A stretch of 64,000 bases of DNA from Octopus sinensis (lineage: Eukaryota). The stretch covers positions 92,504,001 to 92,568,000 of the forward strand of contig NC_043002.1 of NCBI RefSeq assembly GCF_006345805.1. Direction: 5' to 3'. This document shows positions 12,744-23,820 of this stretch, one piece after another; positions within the stretch are counted from its first letter, which is position 1; the number at the start of each line of letters is the position of its first letter. The position numbers were made by a program, and so were the translations under genes. The notes below the pieces were generated by a model, which was not told the DNA's origin, made no database searches, and worked only from the letters and a program-made list of their open reading frames with translations.

Positions 12744-13126
12744 GGAGGCACAATGGCCCAGTGGTTAGGGTAGCGGACTCGCGGTCGTAGGATCGCGGTT
12801 TCGATTCCCAGACCGGTCATTGTGAGTGTTTATTGGGCGAAAACACCTAAAAGCTCCACGAGGCTCCGGCAGGGATGGTGGTGATCCCTGCTGTATTCTT
12901 TCACCACAACCTTCTCTCACTCTTACTTCCTGTTTCTGTTGTACCTGTATTTCAAAGGGCCGGCCTTGTCACTCTCTGTGTCACGCTGAATATCCCCGAG
13001 AACTGCGTTAAGGGTACACGTGTCTGCGGAGTGCTCAGCCACTTACACGTTAATTTCACGAGCAGGCTGTTCCGTTGATCGGATCAACCGGAACCCTCGT
13101 CGTCGTAACCGACGGAGTGCTTCCAC
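12744..13126 (+). mobile_element. SINE, head H1 with tail a, full length
   Basis: A box TGGCCCAGTGG, B box GGTTTCGATTCCC. 12-bp TSD AGTGATAGTATT at 12732-12743 and 13127-13138. Confidence 0.93.
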
Positions 13127-13152
13127 AGTGATAGTATTATTTAAAAGAAGAC

Positions 13153-13480
13153 AAGGCGGTGAGTTGGCAGAAACGTTAGCACGCCTTGCGAAATGCTTAG
13201 CAGTAGTTCGTCTGCCACTACGTTCTGAGTTCAAATTCCGCCGAGGTCGACTATGCCTTTCATCCTTTCGGGGTCGATTATATAAGTACCAGTTACGCAC
13301 TGGGGTTGATATAATCGACTTAATCTGTTTGCCTGTCCTTGTTTGTCCTCTCTGTGTTTAGTCCCTCGTGGGTAGTAAAGAGATAGGTATATCGTCCGTT
13401 TTCACGTTCTAAGTTGCATTTCGTCCTTTCTGGGTCGATAAAATAAACTACCAGTTGAGCACTGGGATCATTGTAATCGA
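13153..13480 (+). mobile_element. SINE S2
   Basis: GGCGGTGAGTTGGCAGAAACGTTAGCAC head and GAGTTCAAATTCC B-box-like motif. Confidence 0.85.
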
Positions 13481-13499
13481 AATTATTGCCCTTTTCTTT

Positions 13500-13679
13500 G
13501 TTTCAGTCATTTGACTGCGTCCATGCTGCAACAATGCCTTTTGTCGAACCGAAGACTTATTCTTTGTAAGCATAGTACTTATTCTATCGGTCTCTTTGGC
13601 AGAACCACTAAGTTACGGGGACGTAAACACACCAACATCGGTTGTCAAGCAATGGTGGGTGAACAAACACAGACACACA

Positions 13680-13727
<48 letters not shown>

Positions 13728-13870
13728 ACTTCTTTCAGTTTCCGTCTACCAAATCCACTCTCAAGGCTTTGGTCGGCCCGAGGCTATAGTAGAAGACACT
13801 TGTCCAAAGTGCTACGCAGAGGGTCTGATGCAGGGACCATGTGGTTTGTAAGCAAGCTACTTACCATACA
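13500..13870 (-). mobile_element. SINE S1 copy
   Basis: Reverse complement of the S1 body. Confidence 0.85.
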
Positions 13871-14879
13871 ATGCTGTGTATCAAAATTTGAAATCGTTAT
13901 TTAACAGAAGGTAAAGATATTTAAACTAATTTTGTCTATGTGTTCATACTGTATAATAAAGTGTCTTGCTCAAGGACACAACTCGGTGTCGGGAATCGAA
14001 CTCGCGAGCTTAAGATCGTGAGTGAATACCCCAAACCACTAAGCTACATGCATTCACTAGAACAAACTATGCACAGATAGTAACCATGAGAGAAACTCCC
14101 ATACTGGCCTTTTAGTGCTTTTCGTTTATACCACCACCTCCAGTGTCAAGACCACCAGATCCCGTGATTTCGACCTTCCTTAGTTTCATCATTGATGGAT
14201 GCTCGACTGCTATAGATAGCAGCAATTCATCCGTGCCAGCGATTAACAATGCCAGAACATGCGCTGGTGTTGCAATTAGCTAGTGAACTGATTAAAAAAA
14301 TATTAATTAGCGACAGATTCGGTATTGATATCGAAAGGTGATATTCATACCCACTTTACCGTGGATTTTCCTTTGGAACAAACCATACTGCGGCAGTAAC
14401 CATAAAAGAAACTCTTACATTGGCTTTCAGTGCAAAATCCCCACTTCCTCCAGCTCTGAAACGTCTAGATTACGTGATTTCGACCTTCTTTGGTTTTGTC
14501 AATGGTGGTCGGCTGACCGCTAGAGATATGTATGTGCAGGTGTTTTACATATACGCTCTATATCTACGGGATGATGCCAAGGAAAATGTCCCTTTAAGAT
14601 GCATTTGATATTGCCTTCCATTTCAAATACTTCTAGCTTCCACTTAAAGATCTTGCTTATAGGTTCCTAAAATATGATGGTATATACAGAAAGCAGAAAT
14701 GATTATCTGAAAGAGATTTGTCTGCTATTTCTAGCATATTTAGCTACCATTGATGGCCTCTCTCCATTGACAGTCTTTTAAAGAGAATAATTGTGAGAGG
14801 GAAGGTTAGTATTGGTAGGATATTAATGTGTTTCCAAGATATTGTGGAATGTACAGATTAAACAAACACTTTCAATAAT

Positions 14880-15170
14880 AGTGTCATCATCATCATCATC
14901 ATCTTCATCATCTTCATCATCATCTTCTTCATCATTATCATCATCACCACCATTACTAGCAATATCACCACAGTCACTTCCACCAACGCTGCGGCCAGCA
15001 CCATTACCGACTGCAACACCACCATCATCATCATCACCACCAATCCTAACACCAGCTTCACCACTTCCATCACCTCCATCCACATCGTCATTATCAATTT
15101 TTGCCCTTCTTCTTCCTTCTCCTCCTCTTTCAGCTAATACTCCGCCTACCAACTCTCCTTCTATACTCCT
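14880..15170. repeat. Degenerate (CAT/CAC/CCT)n trinucleotide low-complexity tract
   Basis: Trinucleotide runs give spurious poly-Ser/Asp ORFs. Confidence 0.9.
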
Positions 15171-15539
15171 ATATAACATATACATACACACACACATACA
15201 TACATACATACATACATACATACATACATACATACATACATACATACATGCATACATACATACAGATATCCATGTATATATGTTTATGCATGCGTATGTT
15301 TGCATATACTATGCACATATAGAACAGATATATGTATATAAACACACATATATATATATACAAACATAAATAGATGCATATATGTGTGTGCGTGTGTTTT
15401 TTTATACACACACACACACATACCCACACACGCATATATATATATATTGGTTTATTCGTTTTATTGTTGCTCTTCCTTCGCATCTCAACGTATATGTATG
15501 TGTCTATGTGCATGTGTGTATACATGTATATATACATAC

Positions 15540-15684
15540 ATATATGTGTGTGTAATATATATATATACATATATATAATCTATATACATATATATATATA
15601 TATACATATCTATATAACATATACATACATATATACATATATATATATATGTATATATATAATAATATGTATATATATATATAT

Positions 15685-15737
<53 letters not shown>

Positions 15738-15827
15738 GTATTATATATATATATATATAATATATATATATAATACATATATATATATATATACATATAT
15801 ATATACTATATACATATACATATATAC

Positions 15828-15875
<48 letters not shown>

Positions 15876-15891
15876 GTATATATATATATTA

Positions 15892-15932
<41 letters not shown>

Positions 15933-15980
15933 TATATATATAATTATATAATATATACACACACATATATATATATTTAT
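15540..15980. repeat. Long degenerate (TA)n microsatellite
   Basis: Direct inspection. Confidence 0.95.
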
Positions 15981-16184
15981 GCGATTGTATGTATTGTACG
16001 TATTTGTATGCCTTCATGAATATATGCACGCATGTATGTGTCTAAGTGTGTATGTTTGCATGTATGTATGTGTAAATTTGCACTGCATTTTACGGATAGT
16101 TTTTTTTTCAGTTCTTTAGAGGGGATGGGCATGGTTGATGTATATTTTTCGTGTTTTTATTGTTGTTTTTTGTTTTTGTTCTTT

Positions 16185-16248
16185 ACATCGTCATCATCAA
16201 CATCACTTCCATCATCAAAATTACCGTCATTGAACTCATCGCCAAGAT

Positions 16249-16292
<44 letters not shown>

Positions 16293-16880
16293 CATCGTCG
16301 TCATCATCCTCGTCAGCATCATCATCATCGTCATCATAATCATCTTTGTCATCATTGTCATTGTCGTTGTCGTCATCTTCATCATCGTCCTTATCGTCAT
16401 CATTACCAGCACCATCATCATCATCATCATCATCATCATCAGTACCACCACCAACACCACTACCAGCAGCCACAGCACCAGTATAATTACCATCCTAACC
16501 ATCATCATAATGATAATCATCACCATCATCATCAATATCATCATCAGAACCATCACCACAACCATGATCGTTACTATCTTAACCACTATGATGATAGTAG
16601 TCATCGATGTCGTCGTCGTCGTCTTCATTTTCATCATCATCATCATCAGTACCATCATCATCATCATCATCATCACCACCATCATCATCATCAACATCAC
16701 CACGTTTAACATGATGCGATAGTAGCCAATGTCAACAAGAACGATAAATGATAATGATGATGGTGGTGGTGGTGGTGATGGTGGTGATAATGATGATGGG
16801 GAGGAGGGGGAGGAAGAAGAAGAAGAAGAAGAAGAAGAAGAAGAAGAAGAGGAGGAGGAGGAGGAGGGGGCAGGAGGAGG
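16185..16880. repeat. (CAT)n/(GAT)n/(GAA)n/(GAG)n trinucleotide tract
   Basis: Source of the spurious poly-His, poly-Asp and poly-Glu ORFs. Confidence 0.92.
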
Positions 16881-17289
16881 TGAGAGTTGTCCTGGCTGGT
16901 CGTTGCGCTTCGTTAATTAAGTTGAGCTCATTCGCGCTTCCCCAGTTACCTATGATGCCTCCGAGCTCGAGAGTTCAATCTCTCTCGGGGCGGAAGCCCC
17001 TACAGAACCGATCGGGCAGATTGGAATAGCAGCCGAATATCACGCATTTGAAATTACACACTACCCGCTTGTAAAAAACGATCTACGCATTTGATAAGTA
17101 GATGGGAAGGTCAGATTTGGTACGCCTTTGATAATAAGACCTCTCAATCATGGTTGACCTATGACTGAGCAGTTACTACTCCCACTAATACTAACTACTG
17201 TACTTTATATAATGTAGTCCTAGGTATACGACGGCTGCCTGTATAATAGATGTGATGGTCATGGATTTACTGCCTTTGAATATTTTTGG

Positions 17290-17630
17290 GGAGGGGACTA
17301 GTCGTTTACATCACCCCAGTGTTTCACTGGTACCTAATTTATCTATTTCTTTACTACCCACAAGGGGTTAAACACAGAGCGGACAAACAAGGACAGACAA
17401 ACAGATTAAGTCGATTATATCGACCCCAGTGCGTAACTGGTACTTATTTAATCGACCCCGAAAGGATGAAAGGTAAAGTCGACCTCGGCGGAATTTGAAC
17501 TCAGAGCGTAGCGGCAGACGAAATACCACTAAGCATTTCGCCCGGCGTGCTAACGTTTCTGCCAGCTCACCGCCTTACATGTACCTAATTTATCGACCCC
17601 GAAAGGCTGAAAGACAAAGTCGATCTCAGT
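17290..17630 (-). mobile_element. SINE S2 cluster
   Basis: Reverse complement of the S2 head and body, including GCCAGCTCACCGCC. Confidence 0.82.
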
Positions 17631-17639
17631 GGAGGTTTT

Positions 17640-17670
<31 letters not shown>

Positions 17671-17767
17671 TAGATATATATAATTAATTAGTCCTATATC
17701 CGATAATTCTTCCGCCATGTATAATGTATAGTGTTATAATTTCATGAACCTTAACTTACTATATTAT

Positions 17768-17972
17768 TTTACTCTATTATATGTTTCAGACCTTTGGCTG
17801 TAGCCATGCTGGAGCACCGCCTTTAGTCGAACAAATCGACCCCAGAACCTATTCTTTGTAATCCTAGTACTTCTTCTATCCGTGTCTACGTCCCCATAAC
17901 CGCTAAATTATGGGGACGTAGACACACCAACATTGATGGTGGGGAGACAAATACACACACACACACACATAA

Positions 17973-18049
<77 letters not shown>

Positions 18050-18213
18050 CGACGGGCTTCCTTCAGTTTCCGCCTATCAAATCCACTGTCATGGCTTTGG
18101 TCGGCCTGAGGCTATAGCAGAAGACACTTGTCCAAAGTACCACGCAAATGGACTGGACCCAGATCCATGTGGATGGTAAGCAAGCTACTTACCGCACAGC
18201 CACTCCTGCGCCT
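17768..18213 (-). mobile_element. SINE S1 (diverged)
   Basis: Ends CAGCCACTCCTGCGCCT, the reverse complement of the S1 5' end. Confidence 0.85.
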
Positions 18214-18460
18214 ATGCATATATATATATGTAAATACATATATATACATACACACATACATACATACATACATACATACATACATACATACATACATACA
18301 TACAAGCATACCCACACGCATATATACATAATACAAACATACACACACGCATACATACATACGTACATGCATACATACATACATACATACATACATACAT
18401 ACATACATACATACATACATACATACATACATACATACATACATACATACATACATACAT

Positions 18461-18994
18461 GGTGGCTTCCCCTCGTTATAGAGTATGGTCATTGCACGAA
18501 GCTTAATAAATGTTGTTATCGTGCAATGCCTGTGCAAGAAGATTTTTAAAGTGAGGAAAGGCTGTGCACTGAGTCAATCCCACTCACTAAGCAATAGCAG
18601 CCATAATCCGAAAAGAAGAACAAGTCAGCATCATCGGTAACCACTGAGCCGCAGGTTTTATGTCGGAGTTATCCCAGTTACCTGAGTTACCTTCTCCTAG
18701 AGAGATGCCCTAACAAAGGCTGGGGTCCTTCACTCCCAATGGTTTACCCACGCGACCGGGTATTCAGTCCGATTATTTCTATGTCCCCACGCATGATACA
18801 GCCTTAAGACATTTATTAGATGGCCATTGACCTTTGACGGGTTTTGTTTTTCATTCTGCAGAGTGTCCAATAAACACCCTCCTCACCAAGCAAGCTTGGT
18901 GGGGTTGCCGGTTTAGTCGCCGATGACCCGACCATGCAACAGTTTGTACTGGTTTACATGTTACCAGTAGCACTCGAAAGTGACCTGACATAAC
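18461..18994 (-). mobile_element. Probable RTE LINE 5' UTR fragment between (ATAC)n arrays
   Basis: Reverse complement contains TAGGGCATCTCTCTAGGAGAAGGTAACTC...TAAAACCTGCGGC, which resembles RTE 5' UTR motifs as recalled (not aligned). No RT ORF follows. Confidence 0.55.
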
Positions 18995-19216
18995 GTACAT
19001 ACATACATACATACATACATACATACATACATACATACATACATACGTACGTACGTACGTACATACATGGGTACGTACATTTCTCTTGGGCTTTGCGAGA
19101 CCATTAATCTGGTGTAGAACTGAATATACACATACTTCAGCTGTAAGCTAATCTACTTCAGAAAACAATCGTTTATTCCTTTCTCATCTCCCTTTCGTGT
19201 GTGTGTGTGTGGTGGT

Positions 19217-19461
19217 GGATGCGCGTGGCTTACTGGTAATGGTATTGAACTCATGATTGTATGATTGTGGTTTCGATTCCTGGAGCGTCTGACGCGTTGT
19301 GCTCTCGAGCAAAACACTTCATTTCACGTTGCTCCAGTCCACTCAGCTGGCAAAAATGAGTAAGACTGCAACGGACCAGCGTCCTGTCCAGGTGGAGAGT
19401 ATATATATATGCCATAGAAACCGAGAAACCGGCCCATATGAGTCGGTATGACTCGACAAGG
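19217..19461 (+). mobile_element. SINE, head H2 with tail c
   Basis: GGTTTCGATTCC B box; GTTGCTCCAGTCCACTCAGCTGGCAAAAATGAGTA core; GAAACCGAGAAACCGGCCC tail. Confidence 0.8.
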
Positions 19462-19904
19462 AGAAAAAGGAGAAAAAATCCCCTCGCGCGTGTTTGTGTG
19501 TGTGTTTGTGTTGCGAAATAGTATCTACCGCTCTCGTGACCACTTTTGGGGCAGTTTTGTTTCGCCTACCTCTCTAGCATATTGTGTCTTTTTTTTTAAC
19601 ACTATACATCTGTAAAGAAATTTTGCCGGGACAATTAACCGTAGTTTTTGGCGTTTAAACTATAGACAAGCTTTTATTGCATAATATGAATGTATTGTAC
19701 TTGTGCAGTGCTAATTCATTTAAGCAAATAGTTTTTAACCATCTGTATATGGTTCGCTAAGAGATTTCCACTTCATTTCAAATACAGCTCGAGTGCGCGA
19801 TAATGATGAACTGCAATTACAGCGAAATACGTATGTACCTCTATCAAGATCACTTCTGGATTGAGTTCGATCCGTTTAGCTCTTACGTATATTGTGTTTT
19901 TTAA

Positions 19905-20278
19905 TACTCTTTTACTCTTTTAATTGTTTCAGTCATTTGACTGCGGCCATGCTGGACCACCACCTTTAGTCGAGCAAATCGACCCCAGGACTTATTCTTT
20001 GTAAGCCTAGTACTTATTCTATCGGTCTCTTTTGCCGAACAGTATCGGTTGTAAAGCGATGTTGGGGGACAAACACAGGCAAACACACACACACATATAT
20101 ATATATACATATATACGACGGGCTTCTTTCAGTTTCCGTCTACCAAATCCTCTCACAAGGCTTTGGTCGGCCCGAGGCTATAGTAGAAGACACTTGCCCA
20201 AGGTGTCACGCAGTGGGACTGAACCCGGAACAATGTGGTTGGTAAGCAAGCTACTTACCACACAGCCACTCCTGCGCT
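19905..20278 (-). mobile_element. SINE S1 (internal deletion)
   Basis: Reverse complement of S1. Confidence 0.88.
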
Positions 20279-20817
20279 TATGAATGGTATATGTCTTCAA
20301 AGGAATTTTTCCCTAATGATAAACCGCAGCTTTTGTGATTTGAACAACACAGCTATGTCAACTAAATAGTATTATGTGTGTGTGCATATATGTGTGTATG
20401 CATGCTTCGCGAGCCCTTGCGAGTGTAAATACATTTATTAAATCAAGTCTAATTTAGTTTCGCTTAACGGTTGGCTGTTAACGACGAAGGTTGAAATGGA
20501 GAAACCTGTAGTATTGAGTTCAATATCACATAATGCTACCACCATGTATAACATATACTTTAATAATTTTAAGACCCTTGCCTGACGGTATACGTGTAAA
20601 CACGACTCTTGTATTTTTACTTCTTTCACTCATTGTAGTACGGCCATGCTGGGGCACTGCCTGAAGAATGTTTAGTCGAATGAATAGGCTGCGGTACTTA
20701 CTTTTCTTGTTAACCCTGGTATTTATATTTTTCTGTATCTTCCTGCCGAACAGCTAAATTACGGGGGCAGTTAATATACCAATATATGTGTGGGTATGTG
20801 TGCGTGTGTATTTATAG

Positions 20818-20912
<95 letters not shown>

Positions 20913-21000
20913 TGGATATATATATGTATATATGTATATATGTTTGTCTGTCTGTATGTATGTATGTATGTATGTATGCATGTATGTATGCATGTATGTA

Positions 21001-21163
21001 CGACGGTCGTCTTCCAGTTTCCGTGTACGAAATCTACTCACAATGCTTTAGTCGACCCGAGGCTATAGTCGAATACGTTTGGCCAAGTGCCAAGCAGTGG
21101 GACTGAACCCAGAATCATGTGGTTCGGAAGCCAGCTTCTTCCCACACAGCCACGCCTGCGCCT
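21001..21163 (-). mobile_element. SINE S1 5' half
   Basis: Ends CACAGCCACGCCTGCGCCT. Confidence 0.8.
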
Positions 21164-21758
21164 AACATACATAAAACACAATACATACATACATACATAC
21201 ATACATACATACATACATACACACACACATACATTATATGCTTAGATGTTTGTGTATCTGTATGTGTGTGTATATGCGTGTGTGCATTTATGTGTACTTA
21301 GCTAAATATATAGCTATAAATGTGTGTGTAGGTGTGTGAGTGCGTGTGTAGTTTATAGGAAAGTGAAAAAAATATGTAAGATTGCTTACGGGAATCGAAC
21401 TAAGTATCTGTTGTAAGCTGTAATAATTCCTACACCCAAGCGAACCCACAAATACCGCCGTCTACATTAGAAGCCTTAATTTAATAAACTAAGATTCCAC
21501 ATTCCAGCTGGCTGTCAACGAAGAATTCCGTCTACACTGTATCAAGGAATAGTACCATATACAATTAATGTACAAGACGGGAAAATGTGTAACATTGCCA
21601 ACGGTTATTGAACCTCGTGTCATATATATATATATATATATTGTATAGACTTATGTGAGTATGTATGTGTGCATGTGTGTGCATGCATGCGCGCGCAAGC
21701 ACACAAAAATACATACATATATACATGTATCTGTATGTATGTATATATATGTATGTAA

Positions 21759-21824
<66 letters not shown>

Positions 21825-22089
21825 TTATGTATATAAATATTTGTAGAAATGCAGGTGTGGCTTTGTGGTAAGAAGCTTGCTGCCTGGCCACATGGCTCCG
21901 GATTCACTTCTACTGCGTGACAACTGGGGCAAGAGTCTTCTACTATAGCCTCGGGCCGACCAAAGCCTTCTGAGTGGATTTGTTAGACGGAAACTGAAAG
22001 AAGTCTGTCGTATATATACATGTATTCGTTAGTTACTGCACGCATTTTTTTCTCTCCTTCTTTCTGTGTTTTTTTTTTCTCTCTGTGTA

Positions 22090-22127
22090 TCTTTCTGTTG
22101 AAGAGCGTAGGCTCGAAACGTTAAAGA
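22090..22127 (+). ncRNA. Minimal type I hammerhead-like motif, family A (core variant CUGUUGA)
   Basis: TCTTT-CTGTTGA-A-GAGC(GTAG)GCTC-GAAAC-GTT-AAAGA, with a perfect 5-bp stem I. Host element ~22030-22226 ends in (TA)n. Confidence 0.6.
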
Positions 22128-22250
22128 CTTGTTTTATTTATATTTCCTGAGCGCCATACTAATACAATTGTTTGTTTGTTTTCCACCTGCCTTCGTCTTT
22201 TGTCTATTTTCATAAAGCTTCCCGTTATATATATATATATATGTATATAT

Positions 22251-22550
22251 GTGGAGGCGCAATGGCCTAGTGGTTAGGGCAGCGGACTCGCGGTCGCAGG
22301 ATCGCGGTTTCGATTCCCAGACCGGGCGTTGTGTGTGTTTATTGAGCGAAAACACCTAAAAAACTCCACGAGGCTCCGGCAGGGGATGGTGATCCCTGCT
22401 GTACTCTTTAACCACTCTTTCTCCCACTCTTTCTTCTGTTGGCCTGCTCGCTTAGCCAGCGGGGTGGCGTCATTCGAAGGCTAAAACAATGCGAACGCAT
22501 TGTGACCAGCGATGTGTAACAACATCTGATGGTCTGGTCGGTCACGTGAT

Positions 22551-22557
<7 letters not shown>
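22251..22557 (+). mobile_element. SINE, head H1 with tail b
   Basis: GTGGAGGCGCAATGGCCTAGTGG head followed by a different 3' body ending CACGTGATCACGTG. Confidence 0.85.
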
Positions 22558-22581
<24 letters not shown>

Positions 22582-23406
22582 GATATATATATATATATAT
22601 ATATATAAAGGATGTGTTATAATACCTTCCACATATACAAAAACAGCCATATCAAACCAACAATCCAGCATACCTCCATCATCAGCTGCCTCAAGGATAT
22701 CATTATAGTTTTGACATCTGGGCAGTACTATTCAACCCGGCGATGTCAACAGCACTAAAGTGTTGTTTGGGAAGAAACATACCAAAGAAACCATAACTTT
22801 CAAACACATTTACCCTTTGTACAACAGCATCGGTAAGTAAATAGATCTATACCCAACTTATAAATACGTAACTAAACAGCGACCAAGCATTTATGTCGTG
22901 TGTGTGTGTGTGTGTGTGTTTCTTTGTGTTTGTGTTGTCCCCACCTCTGCTGTCCCCATTACGGTGTCGGTGTGTTTGCGTCCCCGTAACTTAGCAGTTC
23001 GACACAAGAGATCGACAGAATAAGTACCAAGCTTTAAAAATAAGTACTGGAGTCGAATCATTCGTCTAAAAATTCAAGGCAGTGCCCCAGCATGGCCCCA
23101 GTCTCATTACTGAAACAAGTAAAAGATTAAAAATAAAAACATTTATGCACGTTTGTATACAGGGATAGTTGATATATGTGGCTGTGTGGTAAGAAATCTG
23201 TTTCTTAACCAGATGGTTCCGGTTTGTGTCCCACTGCGTGGCAAGTGTTTCTACTGTATCACCGGGCCGACGAAGCCCTTTTCGGTGGAATTTGTTGGCT
23301 CCAGAACTGAACAGACGTTGTTTTCCTGAAGCTGTTTGCCATCAAGCTTTACCACAAACGTGCGTGTTTGTGTGTGTGTGTGTGTGTGTTTCTTATTTTG
23401 AATCCT

Positions 23407-23590
23407 TAACCATTTAGCATTCAAACCGGCCGCATCCGACCAAAATATTTAAGATGCTACATGTTGAAACTGGCCAGATCTGGCCTCTCACCTCAATTAT
23501 GCGATGCCATTCTAAAAAAAAAAACTAAACAATCACATCGCTAAAATCTCTAAACTACAAGATAATGGATGCTTAATTCAAAACAACATA
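23407..23590. mobile_element. Partial piggyBac-type MITE
   Basis: TTAACCATTTAGCATTCAAAC end resembles the terminus of the 32516-32731 element. Confidence 0.45.
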
Positions 23591-23820
23591 AATAAAAAAA
23601 AGAATAATCTGAACATTACCTCTTTAGATTTAGGAAATCTTTAAATTTTATACCGTAAGCACACTGTACTTTGTTGATAAATATTCATTAGTACACAATA
23701 CTTCTATTAAGAATTGCACGCAAATCTACAAAATATTTCATTATTCTATTCTTTTACCCTTTTACTTGTTTCAATCATGTGATTGCGACCATGGGTTTTA
23801 GTCCAAGAAATCAACCCTAG

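Noticed and set aside
12744-12820. tRNA-like sequences (A/B boxes) at SINE heads
   Set aside because: They continue into SINE bodies with TSDs and lack a complete cloverleaf; not tRNA genes.
16032-16709. 225-aa His-rich ORF and overlapping poly-Asp/Ser/Met ORFs
   Set aside because: Products of (CAT)n trinucleotide repeats, open in several frames on both strands; no domain signal.
18840-18930. HDV-like ribozyme in the putative RTE 5' UTR
   Set aside because: No P3/L3 (UCCUCG-like) or P1.1 elements could be fitted manually.
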